The notes beneath the pieces are model-generated. The model saw nothing but the letters and a program-made list of their open reading frames with translations, ran no database searches and was not told where the DNA came from. A stretch of DNA of 64,000 nt from Chrysomallon squamiferum (taxonomy: Eukaryota; Animalia; Mollusca), in contig CM022666.1 of NCBI GenBank assembly GCA_012295275.1, positions 7,998,001 through 8,062,000 of the forward strand, read 5' to 3'. Shown in pieces: positions 28,516 to 41,006 of this stretch. Each line of letters begins with the position of its first letter. The first letter of the stretch is position 1. The position numbers and the translations under genes were made by a program.

Positions 28516-28779
28516 GACTATTACTATTATTATATATTATTTTCTCATTAAAGCCTAACAACATTCTCTGTACTTCCAAATGATTGGTTTGTTTCGGCGA
28601 TCAAACTTTTCCAGTAATAAAGTATGATAATAATTTTGTTTTCTATACGTTTCAGACAGTACCTGTGTCAGCCGGTGGACACGTTGCCGATGTGCACGGA
28701 GGCGTCGCAGTCGGCGGAGGACATGGTCGAGGGTGACGAGGAATTCGACTTTTATAACTACTGGAGGGTGATGATGATG

Positions 28780-28819
<40 letters not shown>

Positions 28820-28934
28820 TGATGATGATGATGATTATAGTAATAATAATGATGATGATCATAATAATGATGATAAATGCAATAATGATAATAATGACAA
28901 TAATAATAATAATAGTAGTAATAATGATGAGATA

Positions 28935-29002
<68 letters not shown>

Positions 29003-30665
29003 GATAATAACATTACAATAATGATAATGATGATGGTGATGATAATAATAATAATGATAACAATAGTAATATTAATAACAATGATGATGATGATAATAAT
29101 AAATATAGTGATGATGATAGTAATAATAAATAATAATAAAATGCAAATCGCTGTGAGTAGGATTTGAACCTACGCGGGAAAATCCCATTGGATTTCGAGT
29201 CCAACGCCTTAACCACTCGGCCATCACAGCTGTTATATTAGTTGTCGGTTATACTGGCCAGTGTATTTTGATTGGGCATCTCTGGAACTGCTTGACCAAC
29301 TTCAGTGATGTTACACTCCTTTACAGGGTTTTCAAACATGCCTTTTTCAGGTCAATAGTAGGTCACGGTCGAAACAAAGGTCACAGTAGGTTGAACATTC
29401 AGTAAAATCAAACCATACAATTAGGTCATTTTACAGTTTTATATATATGTACACACAGATACAAGTTGAGGTTCAAGGTCAAAATCTGAATACAAATAAG
29501 CAAAAATAGAAGTAATTACCAATAGTGAACTTCACTGCATGTCAGGCAACCTGTTTAATTTTGTCCTGAAATATTTACAGTCCGATATAACAGGACTACA
29601 CGCTGAATAAAATTAAATTTGGATGAAAATAAAAATGTTGAAGGTTGGATTCTTTAATCCGAGTACACAATCTTCTGATAGTGTTTTCCTTGTTCATCTT
29701 CCTGCAACAGTCGTACATCATCTTCATCTTCATCTGCTATCATTTTGTGAGTAAGGAAGGTTGCTGCGTTCAGAATTGTGTCATTTGCAAAGAGCAGTGC
29801 AGGTAGTGTTGTTCTTCTTGCACGAGCAATGACCCTGGCAAGATGACTTGCAGCCACCTTTGAGCAGTTCCAAGACAGCAACTGGTGCTGGTTTGTAGAG
29901 ACATTGGACTGGGACACACTCGTTTCCATTTTCCATTGTGCTCTAGGGGCAGCAGGCATGGATGAGGTATGGTACAGCTTTTGTCCCTCAAAGCCACAAA
30001 AAAGTTGGTTCGTGAGATATGAGGTATCAGTGTTGCTTTGGTGGAAGGGAACGTCTTGTCGTCCATATGCCTAGACCTGAACAGTTCCCAGTGCAAAACT
30101 GGAATAGTAGTTGCACTTACAGAGCTGTATACTGAGCAGTCAACGTCTTGATGGGCCACCGTTCACCAGCTCACTGTCATTTCACTGAGGTGGCTGAACA
30201 AATGTTATGCAACAGTTTCTTCAGATACTTTCTCTGACTGTCTCTCAGTTTTTTGTTTTTGTTATATTTTCCTTCAGGATAGATATATACATGTGGTTGA
30301 AATTTCCCAATCCCATAAATATACATATGTATATTTCTGCATTGAAACAGTTAAAAGTTACCTTTACCTTGACCTTTTTGCATGACGTTGACCTACTATC
30401 AACCTGAGACATGTTCCAGATTGTCAGGCATGTTTGAAAATCCTGTAATGGAGTTTAACACATCATTGATAGTAGTTCCAGAGATATGCTATTTTCTGTA
30501 ATTTTCATGAGTGACGGCGGTCATCTTGGATTTTTGGCTTTACAGGGATCTAAAAATTTGTCACGTATGATTTTTGTTCAGTTCATACCCAAATAAAATA
30601 AATCAATCACTATCTCATTTTGGCCCTCAAATTCCATGTAAAATCGAAATACATGGCGTCTACTC

Positions 30666-30705
<40 letters not shown>

Positions 30706-31012
30706 TTATTTAAATACTTTTAGTTTATATTCTTCTTTTTGTTGTTGTTGTTATTGTTGTTGTTGTTGTTGTTATTATTATTATTATTATTGTAAACGTA
30801 CGGAAGTGTTTTAACAAAATACGAAACTAAGACTAACTTTCTAATTTCAGATAAACTGCCGTTGTCCACGTCACAGTGAGCCGGTAGAGCCAATCCCCGG
30901 ACAGCTCGAGCGCGCCACTCAGTGGAGACACATGAGGCCTGACTGGGGTAGACACATGTTCATCCACGAGTACATCTGTGACAACGAGTACGGCCGAAGA
31001 GAAGACAACTGA
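26907..31012 (+). CDS. Secreted cysteine-rich Argos/giant-lens-like protein (180 aa, two Argos-type domains)
   Basis: Exons 26907-26987, 27570-27757, 28656-28767 and 30851-31012 are all GT-AG and phase-consistent. Translation: MKWWISAAVLTALLNFLSAEIPVFIVNRDSGSLECRDRSVCADVYNFTRTLRSGSRQEVRIVKNCRCPNTNDGECPIVDNHMLHASTMHKQYLCQPVDTLPMCTEASQSAEDMVEGDEEFDFYNYWRINCRCPRHSEPVEPIPGQLERATQWRHMRPDWGRHMFIHEYICDNEYGRREDN*. It has a signal-peptide-like N-terminus and 10 Cys with motifs Cx5C, CRCP, CQPVxxLPxC and CRCPRxS as in recalled Drosophila Argos. Confidence 0.85.
29149..29230 (-). tRNA. tRNA-Ser(CGA), copy 4 (intronic, antisense to host gene)
   Basis: Identical 82-nt sequence to copies 1-3. Confidence 0.96.
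29276..30667 (-). mobile_element. Decayed, internally deleted DNA transposon, probably Academ-like (Cys8/CXC C-terminus)
   Basis: Imperfect inverted repeats 29276-29385 and 30369-30489 (gcatctctggaactgc...ttttcaaacatgcct vs aggcatgtttgaaaa...gttccagagatatgc). One intact end reads TAGAGTAGACGCC on the minus strand at 30667. Internal frameshifted coding remnant: LHWELFRSRHMDDKTFPSTKATLIPHISRTN...PAPVAVLELLKGGCKSSCQGHCSCKKNNTTCTALCK*HNSE. Confidence 0.75.
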
Positions 31013-31049
31013 GAAAAAAGATTGTTCATGAACAAGTAATATTTGTTTT

Positions 31050-32130
31050 TAACTATACTACTACCACTGTCACTACAACAACACTACTACCACCACAGTC
31101 ACTACAACAACACTACTACCACCACAGTCACTACAACAACACTACTACCACCACTGTCACTACAACAACACTACTACTACCACAGTCGCTACAACAACAC
31201 TACTACCACCACTGTCACTACAACAACACTACTACCACCACAGTCACTACAACAACACTACTACTACCACAGTCGCTACAACACTACTACTACCACTGTC
31301 ACTACAACAACACTACTACTACCACTGTCACTACAACAACACTACTACCACTGTCACTACAACAACACTACTACTACCATTGTCACTACAACAACACTAC
31401 TACTACCACTGTCACTACAACAACACTACTACTACCACAGTCACTACAACAACACTACTACTACCACAGTCACTAAAACAACACTACTACTACCACAGTC
31501 ACTACAACAACACTACTACTACCACTGTCACTGCAACAACACTACTACTACCACAGTCTCTAAAACAACACTACTACTACCACTGTCACTGCAACAACAC
31601 TACTACTACCACAGTCACTAAAACAACACTACTACTACCACAGTCACTACAACAACACTACTACTACCACTGTCACTGCAACAACACTACTACTACCACT
31701 GTCACTACAACAACACTACTACTACCACCACTGTCACTACAACAACTCTACTACTACCACAGTCACTACAACAACACTACTACCACTGTCACTACAACAA
31801 CACTACTACTACCACAGTCACTAAAACACTACTACTACCACAGTCACTACAACAACACTACTACTACCACTGTCACTACAACAACACTACTACTACCACT
31901 GTCACTACAACAACTCTACTACTACCACAGTCACTACAACAACACTACTACCACTGTCACTACAACAACACTACTACTACCACAGTCACTAAAACACTAC
32001 TACTACCACAGTCACTACAACAACACTACTACTACCACTGTCACTGCAACAACACTACTACTACCACTGTCACTACAACAACACTACTACTACTACTCCT
32101 ACTACTACTACTCTTACTACTACTACTATT
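31050..32130. repeat. ~29-bp minisatellite (cactactactaccac[a/t]gtcactacaacaa)n, roughly 35 copies
   Basis: Directly visible tandem unit starting about 40 bp after the Argos-like stop codon. Confidence 0.95.
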
Positions 32131-32725
32131 AATAACAATAATAACAACAACAGTAACATTATAACAACAATTATTATTATCATCATCATTACCCGTCATC
32201 ATTATCACCATGATCTGGTATGGTTCACACTAGTTTTGGAAAGTTATGGAAAATTTTAACATACTATTTCCGAGACCTGAAAGATAGCTATTTCAAAAAA
32301 TGTAAAAATTCATTCTGTGCACTAAAATAGTAATAAATAAATAAATAAATAAACACATTTCGGGATTATTCTTTATGAGGTGTTTATTTACAAAGTGTTC
32401 TTGGACAATCGAGACTGAATTATTATCATAAGACATTTGTTTTTTCTTCCGGTGCTACATTTTCCTCAGTGAATACCGCAGAATATTTGTTTTTGAAACG
32501 TTTTTGAAATTTAAGTTTATACAGCTTTATGAACCATGTCATGATCATCATCAGCAGCATTATCAGCTTCAGTAGCATTATATTTATTATTATTACTAGT
32601 AGTAGTACTAGTAGTTGTAGTAGTAATAGTAGTAGTATTTATTTATTTATTTATCATTATCACTTTATCTTGCTTCTATTCAAATACCTGTCTACCTTAG
32701 CCTTCGTATTAATGTTATACTATTT

Positions 32726-32855
<130 letters not shown>

Positions 32856-33188
32856 CATACTACAGTAAGAACAATTTACCTTTTTATTTCAGGTTCATTC
32901 ACAGTAAAGGAAAGACATCAATGACAATTCATCCATTTTGCTGAAATAGCTTTCAGGGGGTGGATTTGATTGATTCGCTCAGATTTTAAAATTAAATGTC
33001 TGTTTAATTTGACGTTGTGGACATTTTGTTATATTAAAATTATTGCTCAAAAATAAGAGCAACATTTTTAGCAAGTTTTCATAATCAGTATTCGGGTGCA
33101 GTTTTATAATAACAGTTGTTTTGTTGTTTCTATTGTTGTTTTGTTTACGTTTTCTGTTTTGTTTTGTTTTTATTATTATTATTATTAC

Positions 33189-33243
<55 letters not shown>

Positions 33244-34308
33244 TCATTTAGCTTTTCTTTCTTTTCTTCTTCTTCTTTTTTCTTTTTTCTATAATTATTT
33301 ATTGAGTGTAAGCCTCTGTCTTTAGGAACCCATTAATTTGCCATTTCAGAAATGAATAGGAAAATGGCGCGGAAAATGTTTTATTATCCATTCATGAAAA
33401 CTGTTTTAATGGGTGTTTTTCTTCTTTTATAAATAAAATAAAAAATCAATAAAAGTGTATTTTATTTGTAAGTAATGGAACGAACGAAATATAAATTTTT
33501 TAAAACTATTACAGAGGCTTGCATTTTATTCAAATATTCTGTAAATATTTTGTTTCGATTAATTAAACCTTTTTACTGTTGTTTCTTTCATTTCTTGTTT
33601 TTTTGTTTCCATGGTGATGCAAAAATTAATGCAGTATGTCATTTTTTACTTCATGTAAAACATTATGTATATATATACACACACGTATACACAACATAAA
33701 AACAGAAAGCCATCAAACACTGTCTGATAAATCGTCCTCAAAAAATATTTTATCGTTTATTTCAAAATATAAAATAATATTGTTTATTCGGCTTAACAAA
33801 GTATATAATAATAATTCCGAGGTCTCGGTAAATATTGCACGAGATGGTGGGCCCGCCACCGGTTTATTTAGACTGGCTGTCATGTCATTGTTTTACACTT
33901 TTGGTGTCAGTAGTTCACGTGTCTTGTCCCTAAACAAAATAGATGTAATCCGAAGCAACAACTGTCATATTTACAAATTACCCCCTCTGACGTTTCGAAG
34001 GAACGCTATTCGATTCCTCTGAAATTTGCTGCTACAATGGATGCCTGTGTAATCAAGGCTACTGTAGCAGGTGCTGTATGGCTAAATTATTGCGCATGAA
34101 TTTGAGTGATCGCTACACATGTTTTGACATGCAACTGTATAAAGATACATAGATAACTTTTTAAAATATTATCTTCGTCCTTCGAAAACAGATATGCGCT
34201 TGATTCAGACAATATAAAAATTATTATTATTAACAGCGCGTCACATTCTCATAAATACTCGTTATCATACTGCGTGGTGATCTTTTACTTTCAGAGTAAT
34301 AAAAACGA

Positions 34309-34518
34309 TTTTACATTTCATACACACACACACACATACGTATATATAATATATACAGAATGTTACAAAACAATATATATCTACATCCATAAATAGTTGT
34401 AGCGATCACTGAAATTCATGTACAATAATATATATATATATATGGATGTAGATATATATTGTTTTGTAACATTCTGTATATATTATATATCGTGTGTATG
34501 TGTGTATGAAATGTAAAA
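34309..34518. repeat. Inverted repeat (~80-bp arms, ~50-bp spacer)
   Basis: 34309-34391 (ttttacatttcatac...atatacagaatgttacaaaacaatatatatctacatccata) is the near-perfect reverse complement of 34441-34518. Confidence 0.85.
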
Positions 34519-36487
34519 CACACACACCCACACACACGTATATGTATATTATTTTGTAAAGAATATAATTCACAGAACAACCAGACAAAACTCGCCGGCA
34601 AAGATACTTTGATTCTATTTAATTGCAAATAAAATAAACTTCTTAATAGTTAATGCATTTGATGCAGTTATTTATAAGAGTATTTTTGACAAACAAGTAA
34701 TTTGAACATTGTTCATTTTCTGTACCAAATATTATGCACTGACTTGTACCAGCTATGCCGATTCCCGCCATCCCTTTCACAAATGCTGGGGAGACCACTG
34801 AATATACATAGTAAAAATCATTTCAGCTATAAAACCTGGTTAACACGCTTGTATTTAATGCATTTCTGGACTGATGGGAACATAGACGCATACCATCAAG
34901 CAAACACAAAGGCATGAAACCCCACGCAAAATATGTATAATACAATTCTCATTACAACTGAAAAACCATTCATAATTGTGAACATATAATTAAAAGACAA
35001 TTAACTTTAATGAGCATATTGCTGAGTACAAGCACAACGACTTTTAATTGTACCTAATATATGCAATCATTAACAATGTGATATTTGCAGTACTGACCCA
35101 CTACAACAAGAAAGTGTGCTGTTATGCGATAAACTGTGTAGTTTTGGACGACGTTATGCAGTGTAATAATGTACGTTATGTGTATGTATTAGATAGAAGT
35201 CGTCAAATAAAACGTCGTCGAGCGAAAAATCTTCAAAGTCGATCATAAGAATGTCAGAGTCGATCAGAAGAAAGTCAAAGTCGATCAGAAGAATGTCGTC
35301 CAGCGACAACGTCAAAGCAGGACGAAAACACTGACGAGCACAACAGACTGAGAATTTTTATTTTTATTTTTTTTTATTTTTATTTTTTTTATTTATTTAT
35401 TTATTTATTGTCTTATTTATTTTGTTTGTTTAATTTTGCTGTTTTGTTGTTGTTGTTGTTTTTTTCTTTTTTTCCCCTGAGAATTAGATTAATTACAGTA
35501 AAAAAAATAAAAAATAAAAAAATAAAAAAATAATAATAATATTAACAACAACAACAACAGCAGCAGCAGCAACAACAGCAACGGCAACAACAACAACAAC
35601 GACAATAATAATAATAATAATAACATAACAAAATTTAAAAAAACAACCTGAGAAAATTACCAGGCTTCCCTTTGCCACCTGCACTTATACAGTTGTACCC
35701 TGGAGGTTCCCAACTGTGTATTTATGTGATGGTAACATTATTATTCTTTTCTTTTATTCAAATAAAACAAGTTATACTTAAGGCAGGTTCAAATAAAAGC
35801 ACAGGAGAGACAACTCTGGAGAGCTTATCTCAATGGCCTCTGTCTCAGGAACGGCGATGGGTATAAACAAGAAATGTTATTTTTTAATTTTAATTTGTTT
35901 TTTTTTACATATTTTGGTCTCTGCGCAAATGTAATCCAACCTTCTCCTTGCTGGGGAGTGGTGGGGGGGAATTAAAAGCCACAGACACACCTTAATTGTC
36001 AAATAGCCAAAAAATACTAGTTATTATACTAATGACAATCATACCTTTTTCGTTCCAGTAAATTGAGTAATGGAATCTCCTACTCCAAAGACTCTTATAA
36101 CAACAGCCTCAAAGTGATCCTTCAGGCATGGACAGTGAATTATACACAATGGTCTTTATGAGTAATTTATTTTGTTTAGCTGTTGGTAAACAAAAGAAAA
36201 TAATTTAACCAAAAAAAAAAAAAAAAAAAAAAAAATCAAATTAAACCAGGTAATAAATGACATTTTCTTTTCGTTTTTGTTAATAACAAAGAAAAGAAAA
36301 GAAAATAATAATAATAAAATAATATTTAACACAAATAAAAATAAGGTACACAAGGTTACTTTATAAATTTAATTTATTGCACAAAAAAGTTATTTGTTTG
36401 CATGAAAATACATGTATAGTTTGCATCCGAAATTATATTTAACAATATATCCAGACATTACACACACACACAGTGAAAATACAAAGT

Positions 36488-37055
36488 TTAAGATACAGCT
36501 GATATTTCAGAGTTAATTATAAAGTAACAATGTAAGATACAGCTGATATTTCAGAGTTAATTATAAAGTAACAATGTAAGATACAGCTGATATTTCAGAG
36601 TTAATTATAAAGTGACAATGTAAGATACAGCTGATATTTCAGAGTTAATTATAATTATAATTATAAAGTGACAATGTTAGATACAACTGATATTTCAGTT
36701 AATTATAAATGTAAGATAACAATGTAAGAAGATAATGTAAGATACAGCTGATATTTCAGTTAATTACAAAGTGACAATGTAAGATACAGCTGATATTTCA
36801 GTTAATTAAAAGTGACAATGTTTTCAGATACAAAGCAATGATATTTTTCAGTTAATTATAAACTGACAATGTAAGATACAGCTGATATTTCAGTTAATTA
36901 TAATGACAATGTAAGATACAGCTGATATTGCAGAGTTAATTACAAAGTAACAATGTAAGATACAGCTGATATTTCAGTTAATTACAAAGTGACAATGTAA
37001 GATACAGCTCATATTTCAGAGTTACTTATAATGTAAGATAAAGCTGATATATATC
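36488..37055. repeat. ~42-44-bp minisatellite (aagatacagctgatatttcagagttaattataaagtgacaatgt)n, ~12-13 copies
   Basis: Directly visible tandem units with small indels. Confidence 0.93.
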
Positions 37056-37244
37056 ATCAGATTCAAATGTGATCTGAAAATACAGCTAACATATAGGAGA
37101 GTTACAGAAAAAACAACAAAGAACACTTTTATTCAACATTCCAGAAATAACTTTCAAAATACTGATTTTATTGTGTCATGGGAACTGTTATTAATAATAA
37201 TAATAATCTATATCCATATCTATACTATATCTGTAATTGAACTG

Positions 37245-39225
37245 AAATGCAGAATTCAGAATGCTCTCTTCAAGAATGTGAAAGGAAAGAATATTAATGT
37301 CAAAGACAAGAAATATAAGAAGCTGAATTGCCTTTTATTCAAGATGAAGATTAGTTGTTTATTTCTTCAAGAACTCCATAGATTTGTAAAGAAGAAAGCC
37401 AAGAATTTTGAAAGATTCAAAGAGATTCAATTCAGTATAAATATACAGAACACAGTCAAAAAAATAATAATAATAAAAAAAAAAAAAAAAAAAAAAAAAA
37501 ATTACCAATAAATATTTTCAGTTTTTCCATGCTTTTTTTAAAATATATAATTTTTTTTTTTTTAATCATCTTTGACTGTTATGGAGAATCAAACAATATG
37601 ATGTGAAAGAAAATCAAAGTGAAGTGACTCTGTCCAATAACCAAAATAGCTTCACAAGAAGATAAAGACAGTTACAAAGATGACTTTCTTCTTTGCATCT
37701 GTAGTAATGAGCTTCTCAGTTACAGGAAGGGCAGGTTTTGCCTATCAGAAATTCAAATTTTCTGATGTTGTATTCATAATCTGAATAATGTATTTTTAAC
37801 ACCATCATCACATATATATAATATTCTGTGGAACTAGTAAGGCAAATATATAAAGAATTTTAAAAACAAACCAAAACAAAGAAAAACAAATCTTCAAAAA
37901 ATGTTTTTAATGCACTGCATATATAGAGAGGCAAAGAGTTACAGAATTCAAATGTGATTTCAAAATGAATGCTTCCTCTGCACAACATATTTACAGTAGA
38001 TCAAACATAAAAAGGCCAGCACACGTTTCCAGAGTGCTTTAGGATTTCCATAGATCATAGATAACAGTAAAAGAAATGAAAATTAATGAAAAGCTAAATG
38101 TAATCGTAACTATCAAAACAGCCAATGAGTTAATTTTTACTTATAACTAAAAACACAAGGACATAAATCCTTTCTGAAGATAAATATTTCTTTCCTTCAA
38201 CTTTAAGTCATAATTACTTATGATATTTAAACTTGAATTCTGTCTCAAAATTATATTGTCTGTAATTTAGTAAATTCTTTCAAAAATGTATAAGATCAGA
38301 GAAATTCATAATTTCCTCTTCAAGTACGTGAAAGAGAAGAGCATAAATTTTTATAATAAGTCTGATGAGAAATATAAGAACTTGAGTTGTTTTTCATCAA
38401 GATGAAGATTATAATTATTATTATTTTTTTTTTTAAACAAGTCTGCCACATCTTCCACAGTAAAGAAGAATAAAACAGTACAACAAGAAAGGTGAATGTT
38501 TAAGCAACAATGCATAACCAAAATCACCTTCACAAGACAATAGAGACAATTACAATCATGACTTTCTTCTTCATCATAACTAGGAGAATCTTCTATGTTT
38601 TACAAAGGCCATTTTTTTTATATTATAAATTCTAATCTTTCTAATTTTGCATTCATAATATGAATAATATCACTAGAGATCTAGAGATACTTGAACATTA
38701 TCATAAGTCAATAAGATAAAGTCAGTTATGGAGATGACTTTCTTCTTTGCAGTAATGAGCTTCTCAGTTACAGTGGGCAGGTTTTGCCTATCAGAAATTC
38801 AGATTTTTCTGATGTTGTATTCATGATCTAAATAATGTATTTTAACACCTTCATCGTGTGTGTGCATTAATTTATATGAACACTGTGGAACTAGTAAGAC
38901 AGAATGCTTGCAGAATTCAAATGAAATTGTAAACAAAAGTTCCCAGTAAATTCAAAATGTTCAGTGTATGATATTAACTTTAAACCAAAAACAAAAATGT
39001 CTAAGCATATATTTTCAGGGTGTTTAACTATGATAGATTACAGCAGATGAAAAGAAAATTAATGATGACTTGTAACTAAATACATAAGGATGTAAAATCC
39101 TTTCTGAAGATAATTCTTTTTACTTATTTTCACTTTAAATCATTAATCAGATGAATTCTTATGTTTAAACTTGAATTCAGATTGAAAATTATACTTTGTC
39201 TGTAATTTAGTAAAGTATTTTAATA
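37245..39225. repeat. Old ~1-kb diverged tandem duplication
   Basis: 37660-37840 matches 38713-38900; 37250-37400 matches 38300-38470; 38140-38280 matches 39070-39215. Confidence 0.75.
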
Positions 39226-41006
39226 ACAGAGTAAAAAAGAGAAAAAGAAAGTACCATAAAGAGCCTTAACGATAAAATGATTAATTATTTTTTCTCTAAA
39301 CTTTGTGCACGGTAATGTATCTTGAAAACTTACATTAATTTAATTTTGACTCTGTTTGAAGAATTAGAATAAAATATGTAATAGTAAATCATATCTAAAA
39401 CAGTTACCTTTCTAGTGAGACAGGGTAGATATATAATAATTATAGAACAAAACAAAAATGATATATATAAAATCAAATACTTAATTATGGTGATATAATT
39501 ATGGAATGGCAGTAAGAAATCTGTTTATACATGAATTTATAAAAATTGAAGGGTATTTATAGAACAATGAAATAATGCCCTAAATGTGTATGCTTCCATC
39601 TTACAGTTGCTTTGATGTCAGAGGTTTAACATCTGCTAAGAAAACTATAACCATAAAATATTGCTATCTCACAATTTCATGGAAACTGTCATTTTACATC
39701 TTTGAACAACATGAATTATCAAGTACTATCAGCACAGACATTCTGTAATCAACAAATACATCAGTAACATAAAAGTATATAGTCAGTATATTTAAAGTGG
39801 TATTTCAGTTACACAGTGATTAGACAGCTTTAATGAGGCAGATCCTTTCAAACTCATAATGTTTTCCATAAATGCCAATTCCGGTGATACTTTATAGGCC
39901 AGGTATATGCCTCCCTGTTATCTCAATCACAAACACATAATTAAGTCTTCAAGTGATCTACTGACAGTTTATTACTGCAACAGTAATGCTAAATATGTGG
40001 GCTCTTTTTCAACAAACAATGTCCAAATTTACACTAGCTAGCTATCATCATTTGTTACTAATGTTTATTAACATCTGTTTCCTTCTTTTCCCCAAAATTG
40101 CTTTAACTGCTGTTATTTTTTACACAAATCTGAAAAATCTGATATCCAAGCCTCTTATGGGTTACTTTACAGTATCATGAACATTAATATTTTTAAACAT
40201 AATTTAGTATTATTTTGAGAGCATTTTTAAGAAACAGGTATAAAACTGACCTAAAACCTACACAGTGTGGCAGATACAGCTCCAAAGATGCAATGCAGCA
40301 ATGTCCATGAAACTGCTAGGTAGCAATAATTTGTTGTCACACTGTTTTATTAGCAGAGATTTGTTGCTTAACACAAATGCAATAGTAAGAGAGAGATCCT
40401 CACAACTGTATTTAAACCATTACTACTGTTTTCTATAGGAATACTTTAAATAGAGATTCTATTAAGAACTATAATCCATTAAAATAGTTAAAGCTAGGTT
40501 TTTATCTTAACATTCTACATCATTATGTATTTTATTACAGATGTAGTGAGAAGTATATCTTGAAAACTTACATTAGTTTAAAGTTGACTTTCAGTTCAAG
40601 ACAGTCTTCTTGAAAAGATTTATAACACAAAAATGTTGGTCATATTAAGACATTGATTGTAGAAGACATGATTTGTGATATATTAAATCTTGATCAAATG
40701 AGTACATTATCTAAAAACAAAATGTTGTCTCAAAAAATATAAAAATATAAATCTAAAATGTGGTATTTCTGATTACCATAAAAAATCATCAAAACACTGA
40801 ACACTAATTTGTTAAATTTTCATGATAACACAGACACCTATTTGGTCATCATAAAATTCAACAGAAATCTGTCAATGTTTGTAAAAATATAACAAAAATT
40901 GGCTGGTTTCTTATTTATACATTTTATACATAATATGAAAAAAAGCATTATTCAAAATAATTAATATTTTCTTGTTTTGAGATAATTACTTTTTTCCTCT
41001 TTTGGC

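Noticed and set aside
31043-32132. Mucin-like Thr/His/Tyr-rich ORFs of 192 and 250 aa
   Set aside because: Translations of a 29-bp (non-triplet) minisatellite cycling through all frames; non-ATG starts.
36488-37055. Possible CRISPR-like array
   Set aside because: Head-to-tail repeats without unique spacers, no cas genes, eukaryotic context.
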